Source: Gammaproteobacteria bacterium
Lineage (GTDB): Bacteria; Pseudomonadota; Gammaproteobacteria; Thiohalospirales; Thiohalospiraceae
NCBI GenBank assembly: GCA_024277595.1
Contig: JAJRUV010000090.1
Location: 547 to 64,546 of the forward strand
Direction of reading: 5' to 3'
Length of the DNA: 64,000 bases
Shown here: in pieces, positions 28,544 through 37,452 of the stretch
Layout: the number at the start of each line of letters is the position of its first letter
How positions within the stretch are numbered: the first letter of the stretch is position 1
The notes under the pieces: generated by a model
What the model was told of the DNA's origin: nothing
Databases searched by the model: none
The model's input: the letters and a program-made list of their open reading frames with translations, nothing else
Position numbers and translations under genes: made by a program

Positions 28544-28678
28544 TCAGAGACTCCTTTTGGATATTGACAAAATTGATGTTGATGCCGCAATCAACAATGC
28601 CATCAGCGCCATTTTATCCAGTGATTCAAACCCCTGCTGCCGCGTGCCTTTTAGTTGCTTGAAGGGTTTGTTATTCAT
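28544..28678 (-). CDS. Candidate 44-aa ORF translationally coupled to tcdA
   Basis: I translated it as MNNKPFKQLKGTRQQGFESLDKMALMALLIAASTSILSISKRSL. Its ATG overlaps the tcdA TGA (ATGA). One hydrophobic segment. Too short for the ORF track. Confidence 0.25.
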   Translation of the reverse strand: MNNKPFKQLKGTRQQGFESLDKMALMALLIAASTSILSISKRSL

Positions 28679-29469
28679 CTCGCAAGGGATCTGTTAACAA
28701 CTCGCGATGCAGCGATAAAACCAAAGGTAGCGGTAACAAACGAAGCTGATCCGTAACTAAAACGACAATCCAGAGAGATGCCGTGTACCCCTGGTTTTTT
28801 GTGGCTAACGCTGCCATCTGCTTTTGGATAGACTTTCTGTTGGGATGAAAATACGCACTCGACACCAAAACTGCGTTTTTGATTTCGGGTATATCCGAAC
28901 TCGGTCCGCAAACGGGAGCGCACTTTTGCTGCCAGCGGATCATTGTACGTGCGGCTCAAATCCGCAACCTTGATCATTGATGGGTCATTAATACCACCCG
29001 CACCACCTGTCGTAATAACGGGGATTTTATTGCGTTTGCAGAAATAGATTATTTCTGACTTGAACTTGATACTGTCGATCGCATCGATAACATAGTCATA
29101 TCCATGACTGACAGAAAGATGGTCCGCAATCGTGTGCGTGGTAACAAAATCCTCGATGGTATGACAACGGCAGTCTGGATTAATGGCAGCTACACGTTGC
29201 GCCATTACCCGCTGTTTTTTCCGCCCGACCGTATCACTCAAGGCATGCAACTGGCGATTGGTGTTGGTCAGGCATATCTCATCAAAATCAATCACAGTAA
29301 GTTGGCCGATACCCGTGCGAGCCAAAGCTTCTACCGCCCAGGAACCCACTCCACCCAAGCCAATCACACAAACGTGCAGAGTCTTCAGATGACGGAAGGA
29401 TTCCTCACCATACAGGCGAAGTATGCCACCAAAACGTTGCTGATATTCAGTTGCGGACTCTTCACTCAT
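28675..29469 (-). CDS. tcdA: tRNA threonylcarbamoyladenosine dehydratase
   Basis: 264 aa. RFGGILRLYG, GLGGVGSWAVEALARTG (ThiF/E1-like fold), NRQ motif. Confidence 0.88.
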   Translation of the reverse strand: MSEESATEYQQRFGGILRLYGEESFRHLKTLHVCVIGLGGVGSWAVEALARTGIGQLTVIDFDEICLTNTNRQLHALSDTVGRKKQRVMAQRVAAINPDCRCHTIEDFVTTHTIADHLSVSHGYDYVIDAIDSIKFKSEIIYFCKRNKIPVITTGGAGGINDPSMIKVADLSRTYNDPLAAKVRSRLRTEFGYTRNQKRSFGVECVFSSQQKVYPKADGSVSHKKPGVHGISLDCRFSYGSASFVTATFGFIAASRVVNRSLAR

Positions 29470-30194
29470 AAAACTTCAACGGGAGTTCCAATATCCAGAT
29501 CAAGCAAATTTCCGGCATGCCCCTTATTCACCGCTATCTCCGCCAAGCCATTGGCGTTTTCATACCAGAACAGTTTACCTTCAGGAACTGAAGAAAAAGT
29601 TCGTGCATAGCCAACAGACTTGCTTTTGACAATTAACTTGCTGTGTGGAGACAGGCAGGAGGCACGCAAACCCGACATGGCGTTACCAAAATGGTCAATA
29701 TACGCTACTTCAGGAAGCTCTTCCGGCCAGTCAGCAATCACCCGCTCCTCGCCAGAAATCAAATTGCCAGGCGGTTCTTCACCAGTGGCAATCCTTGCTG
29801 CGAGAGGGGCAAACAGATCCCGTCCATGAAAACTGTTGGATATCTGTGCAGGCCGCCAGACAACATCCCACCACTTCAAACTATGCGCCCGCATGGCCAC
29901 CACATTGAATAAACCGTTGTCCGGCCCCACATACCATCGTCCATCCGCACGAACAATGCAGGCTCGCCGCCGCTTGTCACCCACACCCGGATCAACAACG
30001 GCCAGAAAAACCGTATCAGGCGGAAACTCCGTTACATAGGCAGCGAGCAGGAAAGCCGCAGTTTTTGGATTACAGCGGGGCGCATCAGAAAACAAATCAA
30101 TGACGGGAACGGCTGGAGCAAGCCGGGCCAGCACCGCCTTCATCTGACCCACATAAGGCCCGGCCACACCAAAATCACTAAACAACACTATCAT
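29466..30194 (-). CDS. SAM hydroxide adenosyltransferase / chlorinase-fluorinase family (DUF62)
   Basis: MIVLFSDFGVAGPYVGQMKAVL..., VVDPGVG, FHGRDLFAP motifs. ATGA overlap with tcdA. Confidence 0.82.
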   Translation of the reverse strand: MIVLFSDFGVAGPYVGQMKAVLARLAPAVPVIDLFSDAPRCNPKTAAFLLAAYVTEFPPDTVFLAVVDPGVGDKRRRACIVRADGRWYVGPDNGLFNVVAMRAHSLKWWDVVWRPAQISNSFHGRDLFAPLAARIATGEEPPGNLISGEERVIADWPEELPEVAYIDHFGNAMSGLRASCLSPHSKLIVKSKSVGYARTFSSVPEGKLFWYENANGLAEIAVNKGHAGNLLDLDIGTPVEVL

Positions 30195-30265
30195 ACGATG
30201 CTCGGGGTCTGTTGGATTCGGGAAAAATCTACTGCGCTGGCAGGCGAGTACGGGTATAAAGAAAA

Positions 30266-30481
30266 CTACTGATCTTCTGCATCAGGCCAATGACGGGCAT
30301 CCGGTTTGCTGTCTTTTTTCATGTCACCGGGCAATAGCGGATCATCATCATCCATCAACAGGCGGTTACCGTCCCCCTCCAGATCATCATACTGCCCCCG
30401 CTTTATCGCCCATATCAATACCCCGACAATGCCCAATCCCATTACCAGCATACCGGGGATCAATGAGTAGATTACTTCCAT
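30266..30481 (-). CDS. ccoS: cbb3-type cytochrome oxidase maturation protein CcoS
   Basis: Start set at MEVIYSLIPGMLVMGLGIVGVLIWAIKRGQYDDLEG, the typical CcoS/FixS sequence. The ORF-track N-terminal extension overlaps ccoI. Confidence 0.88.
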   Translation of the reverse strand: MEVIYSLIPGMLVMGLGIVGVLIWAIKRGQYDDLEGDGNRLLMDDDDPLLPGDMKKDSKPDARHWPDAEDQ

Positions 30482-30530
30482 CGTTTTGACTCGTTCATTT
30501 TCAATGCCAATGCAAAAGATAGCCTGGTGA

Positions 30531-33023
30531 TTATTTGCCAAACAAGGTGCGGATGCGCGCCGAGTTTCCAATCACCAGCAGGGAGCTGATCGGCATGGCG
30601 ATTGCCGCCACCAGTGGCGTCACGTAGGCCATCATTGCCAGCGGCACCATGATACTATTGTAGACTAAGGAGATACCGATATTCTGGCGGATGGTACGCA
30701 GGGTGCGCCGCGACAGCGCTACGCTCTGCTGTACCATTTCCAACTCGTCACTCATCAGCACAATGTCAGAGCTTTCCATGGAGGCATCGGTACCGGAACC
30801 CAGCGAAATTCCCACATCGGCACGAATCAGCGCCGGAGCATCGTTGATACCATCTCCCACCATCGCAACACTCTCGCCCTTCTCCTGCAAGCACCTGATG
30901 ACGCTGTCTTTCTCATCGGGAAGCACTTCGGCAATCACCTCCATACCCCCAAGTTGTTCAGCGACTGCCCGGGTCACCTGCTCGCTGTCTCCGCTAAGCA
31001 GGGTTAAACGAATCCCCTGCCGACGTAGGGAGTCAAGCAGCCGAACCGCACCGGGGCGCAGTTCATCAGCAATACCAAACAGGGCGACTTCCCGGCCATC
31101 AATGGCCATATAGACGCAAGTTACCGCCTCTCTCTCCAGAGTACGGGTGGAGTCGGCAAACACCCTGGAATCCTCCACCCCGTTCCGGGCCAGCCAGGTT
31201 CGACTACCGAGCAGAATCTTCTGCCCATCCACCTCGGCACTAACTCCAAACCCCGATCGGTTTTCAAAGTGGGTCACCATGGAGGTGATTTTCTCCATCT
31301 CCAACTGGCCAGACTCCGCTCTAAGCACAATGGCCCGCGCAATGCTGTGCTCGGAATAACGCTCCACCATAGCCGCCAGGCGTACAATCTCCTGTTCATT
31401 GCTACCGCTGGCCAAACGCAGCTCCCGAACCTTCATCCGCCCTTCGGTCAGGGTTCCGGTCTTGTCGAACACGAAGTGGGAGATCCGGGACAGGGTCTCC
31501 AGTACTTCACCGTTCTTGATCAGAATGCCGTTGCGGGCTCCCAGCCCGGAAGCCACCGCAATCGCCATCGGTGTTGCCATCCCGAAGGCGCAGGGACAGG
31601 TGATAATCAACACCGAGATGGCCGCCATCAGCGCCAGCTCAACCCCACTGCCAAACCAGAGTGCGAACGTCACAGCCGCCAGCAGCAGGGTGACGATGAC
31701 AAACCAGGGAACGATTCGATCCGCAATGCGCTGAATCGGTGCCTTGGAGGCCTGTGCCTCCTCCACCAGATGAATGATGCGTCCCAGCGCCGTATCCCTC
31801 AGCACGCCGGTTACCCGAACCTGCAATGCGCTGGCAAGATTCATGGTGCCCGCCGATACAGCGTCACCGGGTTTCTTGTCCACCGGTCGTGATTCACCTG
31901 TGAGCATGGCCTCATTGACCAAACTGCGCCCGTCACTGATAATGCCATCCACCGGAACCTGCTCCCCGGCCTTCACCAGTATCAGTTCATCCGACTTTAC
32001 CGCGCGCACAGGCACCACCTGATCGGTGCCATCCCGTACCACCGTTGCAACCCGCGGCTGCAGATCCATCAGCCGCTGGGTCGCTGCCACGGCATGACGT
32101 TTGGACATCGACTCGAGATAACGCCCCACCAGCAGCACAAAGATCAGGTTGACCACGGTATCAAAATAGACATGACCCTGAACCGGATTGAATACCGTGA
32201 CATAGCCGGAGTAGAGATAGGTGGAGGTAGCGCCAATGGCGATGGGGAGATCCATGGTCAGATGCATACGCCGCAGCCCGGTCCAGGCCCCCTTGAGGAA
32301 GGGGAAACCGGAGTAGAACAGCGTGGGAGTAGCGAGAATGAACCCGACCCAGTAGAACAGGTGGCGGAACTCCCCTTTGTCCGCACCGGTATAAAGCGCT
32401 ATGGAGACCCATAGCAGATTCATCATCGCAAAACCGGCAAAGGCGATGCGGAACAGGAATGCCCGGTTCTGGCGCTTGAGCGCCCCTTCCGCCGCATCCG
32501 GATCGAATGGCACGGCCGCGTAGCCAATCTCGCCCAGCTTGGCCAGAATATGCGACAGCTGAATCGTACTGTTGTCCCAGCGCAAATGCAGACGCCTGCC
32601 GGACAGATTGACATTGGCGCCGATCACACCAGGAACCCCGGCCAGGGTTCGTTCGATCAACCAGACACAGGCAGCACAGTGGATCCCCTCTATCAGCAGG
32701 TCGATCTCCCGCTGCTCACCCAGGTCGGCAACATATTCACTCTGAACTTCATCCAGATCGTAAAAAGCCAGATCTTTTGGCAGTTCAGGAGGAGGAGCAA
32801 GCAATGCCCCTTCGGGAGTCCGCTGGTAGAACCCGTCCAGCCCGGCATCATAAATCACCTTGCAAACGGACTGACAACCAAGACAGCAAAAACACCTTGA
32901 ATGACCGTCGATCTCCGCTTCAAACAGCTCACGTTCAGATAGCGGCAACCCACAATGAAAACAGCCATCTGGTGTGGAAACCGGTTCATCGGAGACAGCC
33001 TCTGACTGCGGCCTAGATGGCAT
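30531..33023 (-). CDS. ccoI: Copper-translocating P1B-type ATPase CcoI/FixI
   Basis: 830 aa. HMA domain GIHCAACV, CPC motif (TCPCAFG), DKTGTLT phosphorylation site, GDGINDAP. Confidence 0.93.
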   Translation of the reverse strand: MPSRPQSEAVSDEPVSTPDGCFHCGLPLSERELFEAEIDGHSRCFCCLGCQSVCKVIYDAGLDGFYQRTPEGALLAPPPELPKDLAFYDLDEVQSEYVADLGEQREIDLLIEGIHCAACVWLIERTLAGVPGVIGANVNLSGRRLHLRWDNSTIQLSHILAKLGEIGYAAVPFDPDAAEGALKRQNRAFLFRIAFAGFAMMNLLWVSIALYTGADKGEFRHLFYWVGFILATPTLFYSGFPFLKGAWTGLRRMHLTMDLPIAIGATSTYLYSGYVTVFNPVQGHVYFDTVVNLIFVLLVGRYLESMSKRHAVAATQRLMDLQPRVATVVRDGTDQVVPVRAVKSDELILVKAGEQVPVDGIISDGRSLVNEAMLTGESRPVDKKPGDAVSAGTMNLASALQVRVTGVLRDTALGRIIHLVEEAQASKAPIQRIADRIVPWFVIVTLLLAAVTFALWFGSGVELALMAAISVLIITCPCAFGMATPMAIAVASGLGARNGILIKNGEVLETLSRISHFVFDKTGTLTEGRMKVRELRLASGSNEQEIVRLAAMVERYSEHSIARAIVLRAESGQLEMEKITSMVTHFENRSGFGVSAEVDGQKILLGSRTWLARNGVEDSRVFADSTRTLEREAVTCVYMAIDGREVALFGIADELRPGAVRLLDSLRRQGIRLTLLSGDSEQVTRAVAEQLGGMEVIAEVLPDEKDSVIRCLQEKGESVAMVGDGINDAPALIRADVGISLGSGTDASMESSDIVLMSDELEMVQQSVALSRRTLRTIRQNIGISLVYNSIMVPLAMMAYVTPLVAAIAMPISSLLVIGNSARIRTLFGK

Positions 33024-33055
33024 GCACTGCCTTGGTATTGTTATTATTCAACGAA

Positions 33056-33601
33056 CTATTTTCCAAGCACAAAAATACGCCGCTTGATAAGAACGTGATT
33101 TTCCTCACCTTGCTTTACGCTCAGGGTAATTTCCCAATGGCCTTTGAGGGGAAATTTTAGCTCGGACTGGTACATTCCAGGTGCATAACGCTCCATTTGG
33201 ACAGAGAAATCCGCATTTACATCCGAAGGACGATAAGTATCAATACGTACCTCCAGGTTATCAACCGGAACACCGACACGATCCACCGCGCTGAAACGGT
33301 ACACCGCGCCTGTACCCCGGCGATCCTCTTCCGGCATATCCAGATGAGCTGTCCAGCCCAAGGCATTCCGGGCCGCAATTCTTTTGAGCCGGTTTTGCTC
33401 GAAATCACGGCCCGACTCATAGTAATTTTTGTCCACCAGCCCCGGCCCGGTAACAAATGCCAGTGTTATCATTCCCGCATTAACTACCAGCACAACACTA
33501 AGCAGCAACAACCAGCCAATTACCCAGGGATTCTTCCAGGCTCGCTTGCTGCTTTGCGAGAAACGGTTTTCCATCGCTTTACCCATAATAAAATGCTCCA
33601 C
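33056..33601 (-). CDS. ccoH: cbb3 oxidase assembly protein CcoH/FixH
   Basis: 181 aa. Single TM (NPWVIGWLLLLSVVLVVNAGMITLAF) plus a FixH domain. Located between ccoG and ccoI. The start could be one of three nearby ATGs. Confidence 0.82.
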   Translation of the reverse strand: MEHFIMGKAMENRFSQSSKRAWKNPWVIGWLLLLSVVLVVNAGMITLAFVTGPGLVDKNYYESGRDFEQNRLKRIAARNALGWTAHLDMPEEDRRGTGAVYRFSAVDRVGVPVDNLEVRIDTYRPSDVNADFSVQMERYAPGMYQSELKFPLKGHWEITLSVKQGEENHVLIKRRIFVLGK

Positions 33602-33604
33602 TAA

Positions 33605-35032
33605 TCAACGACGCGGCCCAAAAAACATGCTTTCATATTCTGCACTCAGATCCGGCTGCTCCTCCACTGAAACCCGGAAAGTCACGGGAACACGCTCTCC
33701 CTCAAGACTCTTCCCCGGAACCCTGACAAATACCGTAAAGGCGGAAATATTGCCTTTGGGTGCAACAAGCGCCTTCTCTGTACCAATAACCTTCAAACCG
33801 ACCGGACCATCAGCAGTCAGTTTGACATGCATATCCTGACTGGTCTTGTTGAGCACCTTGATCTCGTATCTGTTCTGGATTGAGCCATCACTTCGCAGCA
33901 CAAACAACGGCTGGCGATCATGCAACACCTTGAGTTCAATCCCGGAGATATTTGCTATTCCATAAATTATACCGAGCAGAGCGATGGATATTATGGTCAG
34001 GCTAACCAGCACTTTTGGTCGTCTGAACAGCGGAATCTCCGGTTTTCCTTCAATTTCATCCAGTGAAGTGTACCGAATAAGGCCATGGGGGCGATTGACC
34101 TTGTCCATTACCTGATCACAGGCATCGATACACAGGCCACAGGTTATACACCCCTCCTGCTGACCATGACGAATATCGACTCCGGTAGGACATACCGCAA
34201 CACAAAGATTACAGTCGACACAATCACCAAACTTACCGTCATCGACCGAATCCCCTTTTCTGAGCCTTCCCCGCGGCTCTCCCCGTTTTACATCGTAAGT
34301 GGGAAGAATGGTTTCCGGCTCATACATAACCCCCTGGATACGGGAATAGGGACACAGCCAGAAACAGACCTGTTCCCGCATGAACCCGGCCAGAATGTAG
34401 GTGCCGGCAATAAACAGCCCCAGTGTCACCCAGGCTGCAGAATGAGCCTGAAGGGTAAAGAGATCATGCCAGAGCTGGTAAATGTCGGTAAACCAACCGG
34501 CAAAGGTGATCCCGGTAACAACGGCGATCAGTAACCACAAAAAATGCTTGGTAAACTTGAGGCGGATCTTGGTAGCATCCCAGGGTGCCTTGTCCAGTTT
34601 ACGGCGTTTTGCCGGTGGCCCTTCCAGCCACTCCTCAATCCAGGTAAAAACATCCGTCCATGCAGTCTGAAAACAGAAAAACCCGCAAAATACCCGCCCG
34701 GCAATAACCGTGGCGCCAATCAGCACAATAGCGAGAAACAGCAATACCAGCGACAACATCCATACATCCTGAGGCAGGATGGTCAGGCCAAAAAAATGAA
34801 ACTGGCGGTTAGGGATATCATACAGAATCGCCTGACGATCCCCCCAACGCAGATAAGGGCCAAGAAAATACAGTAACCAGATGGAAGATGCCAGCCATTT
34901 CAGCCGACGGAACCGCCCTGGAATCCGTTTGGCATGGATAGTTTCACCACCAGTGTTTACATGCCAGTGACCCGCCTCATCATACAGCTCGGAAAGAGTC
35001 TCATTTTTCCCCGGCCGATTACTATCGCTCAT
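33605..35032 (-). CDS. ccoG: cbb3 oxidase accessory 4Fe-4S protein CcoG/FixG
   Basis: 475 aa. Two ferredoxin motifs (CVDCNLCVAVCP, CITCGLCIDAC) and multiple TM helices. Confidence 0.93.
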   Translation of the reverse strand: MSDSNRPGKNETLSELYDEAGHWHVNTGGETIHAKRIPGRFRRLKWLASSIWLLYFLGPYLRWGDRQAILYDIPNRQFHFFGLTILPQDVWMLSLVLLFLAIVLIGATVIAGRVFCGFFCFQTAWTDVFTWIEEWLEGPPAKRRKLDKAPWDATKIRLKFTKHFLWLLIAVVTGITFAGWFTDIYQLWHDLFTLQAHSAAWVTLGLFIAGTYILAGFMREQVCFWLCPYSRIQGVMYEPETILPTYDVKRGEPRGRLRKGDSVDDGKFGDCVDCNLCVAVCPTGVDIRHGQQEGCITCGLCIDACDQVMDKVNRPHGLIRYTSLDEIEGKPEIPLFRRPKVLVSLTIISIALLGIIYGIANISGIELKVLHDRQPLFVLRSDGSIQNRYEIKVLNKTSQDMHVKLTADGPVGLKVIGTEKALVAPKGNISAFTVFVRVPGKSLEGERVPVTFRVSVEEQPDLSAEYESMFFGPRR

Positions 35033-35205
35033 ACTATTTTCTCATGTTACATACAGCGCTGTTTGGTTGTCTGCATCACAATAGCCAGTATTTACCGGGG
35101 ACCGCTCGATTTTATTTGCGGAATATGTACCCGAAAAACAATACAATGAAACTGAACGGGATCATTGTACCACGCACGACAGCGAAGAGAATCTGCTCTA
35201 CAAAA

Positions 35206-35249
35206 CCTGAACAGTTACATGCTCATTTTCAACTATGCTGAATAGTTAC
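35206..35249 (-). mobile_element. MITE fragment G (44 bp: left TIR + spacer + internal repeat, reverse orientation)
   Basis: CCTGAACAGTTAC-ATGCTCATTTTCAACTAT-GCTGAATAGTTAC is the reverse complement of the left arm of the long form. No TSD. Confidence 0.8.
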
Positions 35250-35350
35250 CAGTTTTATTACTATTAACCTGGGCATGAAGAAAATTTATACTGCCAAAGC
35301 ACAAGAAACGCACTGCGTTAATGGGGGAGATACAAACGGGAAATGCAAAC

Positions 35351-35373
35351 TCAAAAAGGGGTGAATCCCCTTT
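35351..35373 (-). terminator. Rho-independent terminator (end of cco transcript)
   Basis: The minus strand reads AAAGGGG-ATTCA-CCCCTTT followed by TTGAGTTTGCATTT. Confidence 0.6.
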
Positions 35374-35385
35374 CTGCTCCAAGTC

Positions 35386-35433
35386 GGTTGTTGTTAACCC
35401 GACTACTAAATGGTGGCCGGGTTAACAACAACC
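35386..35433. other. Perfect 16-bp stem / 16-nt loop hairpin
   Basis: GGTTGTTGTTAACCCG-N16-CGGGTTAACAACAACC. No adjacent U-run. It lies 10 nt downstream of the 37-aa ORF stop on the minus strand. Confidence 0.8.
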
Positions 35434-35443
35434 ACAAACCAGC

Positions 35444-35557
35444 TCAATCTTCTGAATGTGTGGTATTAATCAACTTCATAATTCTGACAGCAACTACGAT
35501 AAACACTACTATCGAACCTATTACTGAAAGGATAGCACCGATAAATACTGCATCCAT
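35444..35557 (-). CDS. Candidate 37-aa single-TM protein downstream of ccoP
   Basis: I translated it as MDAVFIGAILSVIGSIVVFIVVAVRIMKLINTTHSED. AAGGGG lies 8 nt upstream of the ATG. It is followed by a hairpin and a terminator. It is below the 60-aa cutoff of the ORF track; + ORF 35343..35564 is its antisense. Confidence 0.45.
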   Translation of the reverse strand: MDAVFIGAILSVIGSIVVFIVVAVRIMKLINTTHSED

Positions 35558-35650
35558 AACATAGTCCCCTTTTCTCAGGTTTATAATTGCCAGAGCATTG
35601 ACCCGCCCCGGCAATCTTCATCCAGGCCTGGTTTCAAAACGGCCCGGACG

Positions 35651-36508
35651 CTACTGTCCACCACCAAGCTTGTATACATAAACCGCCAGCTTGTTGATCT
35701 CGATTTCACTCATCTTGCCGACAAACTTGGGCATTACAGCATCCCGTGTTTTGGGATCCTTGGGCGCATTGACACCGTGCGTAATAGTATAGGCTATCGC
35801 CTCTTCCGTACCTGGTGAGAACCGCCAGATGCCATCAGTCAGGTTAGCTGAACCCAATGCCTCCATTCCCTTGCCATCCGGTCCATGGCAAGCGAAACAG
35901 GCACCCTTGCCAGCATATATCTCCTTCCCGGGGGCATATTCACCGCCCTCGCTCAACGCCTTGACATGCTTGGCAACATCAGCAATCTCCTGCTCACTCA
36001 GTGTTCCGGCCTGGCCAGGCATATTGCCCCGGCGACCATTGGCAATGCTCTGCACAATGTTCTCAATCTTGCCGCCGTACAACCAGTCGTCATCGACCAG
36101 CACCGGGTAATTCGGGTTCCCCGCACCGCCAGTACCGTGACAGGCTGCGCAATTATCACCGAACAACACCTTGGCGGAACGGGTAACATACTGGGTCAAC
36201 TCGTCATCTGCCAGAATAGCAGCAGCCGACATCCCGGGCAGCTTGTTCTCATATTTGGCGCGAACCTGCTCAATAGCCTGCATATCCTGCTTGAACTCCT
36301 TGATCGCGGTCCACCCCATAAGTCCTTTGAAATGGCTGTTTACCAGCGGAATTGATGGATAAACCAGCCAGTAAACGACCACCAGAGCCATACTGGCCCA
36401 AAAGCCGATCATCCACCATTTGGGCGGCTCGTTCAGCAATTCACCCAGGTTATCGTCCCATACATGCCCGGTAGTGGGAACCTTGTACGGATTGGTTTTA
36501 TCACTCAT
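35651..36508 (-). CDS. ccoP: cbb3 oxidase subunit III, dihaem cytochrome c
   Basis: 285 aa. N-terminal TM and two CxxCH motifs (CAACHG, CFACHG). Confidence 0.93.
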   Translation of the reverse strand: MSDKTNPYKVPTTGHVWDDNLGELLNEPPKWWMIGFWASMALVVVYWLVYPSIPLVNSHFKGLMGWTAIKEFKQDMQAIEQVRAKYENKLPGMSAAAILADDELTQYVTRSAKVLFGDNCAACHGTGGAGNPNYPVLVDDDWLYGGKIENIVQSIANGRRGNMPGQAGTLSEQEIADVAKHVKALSEGGEYAPGKEIYAGKGACFACHGPDGKGMEALGSANLTDGIWRFSPGTEEAIAYTITHGVNAPKDPKTRDAVMPKFVGKMSEIEINKLAVYVYKLGGGQ

Positions 36509-36723
36509 CTCTTATCCTCCGTCTCAAAACCATCATCATCCAGCGGAATATATTTGCGTGCTTCCAGATGCTCCCGGTTGGCCGGGTGAAACACATAGAC
36601 ATACGCAATAATCATCAGGATAAAGACGACAACTGTCGTGACCAGACCAATCCAGTCATTCAGCGTCAATGCCGCCCAATCCGTATGAAAATATTCAGCC
36701 AAACTACTCACGATAATCCACAC
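36505..36723 (-). CDS. ccoQ: cbb3 oxidase subunit IV
   Basis: 72 aa, single TM. Located between ccoO and ccoP, with an ATGA overlap with ccoP. The start overlaps the ccoO end by 20 nt, so it may begin a few codons later. Confidence 0.75.
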   Translation of the reverse strand: MWIIVSSLAEYFHTDWAALTLNDWIGLVTTVVVFILMIIAYVYVFHPANREHLEARKYIPLDDDGFETEDKR

Positions 36724-37429
36724 CCTCTTCGAAGGTAACCATGGTTCCCAGTACCTGCAGGTAGGCTACAGTCGCATCCAGTTCAGTCTTGCCCTTCACC
36801 TCCGCAGCAGCACCACTGAAGTCCGCTCCATAATCGTCAGCGGTATAAGGCACACCCAGCGTAGCCATTGCCGCCACCGTCTTGACAGCATTCTCTCCAT
36901 CCAGCATGTTTTTTGCCAGCCAGGGATAGTTGGGCATGACCGACTCCGGCACCAGCGAGCGCGGAGCAATCAAGTGCTGACGCTGCCATTCGTCGGAATA
37001 TTTACCACCAACACGGGCCAAATCGGGACCGGTACGCTTGGAACCCCACTGAAACGGATGATCATACATCGACTCGGAGGCCAGCGAGTAGTGTCCGTAA
37101 CGCTCATCCTCATCACGGAACGGCCGGATCATCTGCGAGTGACAGAGATAGCACCCTTCACGGATATAAACCTCCCGGACTGCCAGCTCCAGCGCCGTAT
37201 AGGGACGAACGCCATCACCAGGCTTCCAGTCAGCCAGCGTTTGGCCCTCCTGACGCTGCCAGACAATTTCAGGGTGTTTATTGTGTTCCATGGTTCCCTT
37301 CAGGTAGAACAGGGGAACAATCTCTACCAGGCCACCGACCGAAAGCACGATTGCCAGCATAACGAACATAACGAAAACATTACTTTCAACTTTGTCCTGA
37401 AACTTCGTTGAATGAATTTTATTTGACAT
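36704..37429 (-). CDS. ccoO: cbb3 oxidase subunit II, monohaem cytochrome c
   Basis: 241 aa. TM anchor, haem motif [11 protein letters not shown]. Confidence 0.93.
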   Translation of the reverse strand: MSNKIHSTKFQDKVESNVFVMFVMLAIVLSVGGLVEIVPLFYLKGTMEHNKHPEIVWQRQEGQTLADWKPGDGVRPYTALELAVREVYIREGCYLCHSQMIRPFRDEDERYGHYSLASESMYDHPFQWGSKRTGPDLARVGGKYSDEWQRQHLIAPRSLVPESVMPNYPWLAKNMLDGENAVKTVAAMATLGVPYTADDYGADFSGAAAEVKGKTELDATVAYLQVLGTMVTFEEGVDYRE

Positions 37430-37452
37430 TGTTTTCTACTCCTTCTCAGCCA

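Noticed and set aside
28465-28662. 65-aa ORF starting [11 protein letters not shown].
   Set aside because: The start codon and first 11 codons lie inside the right arm of MITE copy F. The same ATG occurs in every copy and reads out into unrelated flanks, so the ORF is an artefact of the repeat.
35343-35564. 73-aa + strand ORF in the ccoP-ccoG spacer.
   Set aside because: It runs through both hairpins and is antisense to the more plausible 37-aa TM ORF. It has no RBS.
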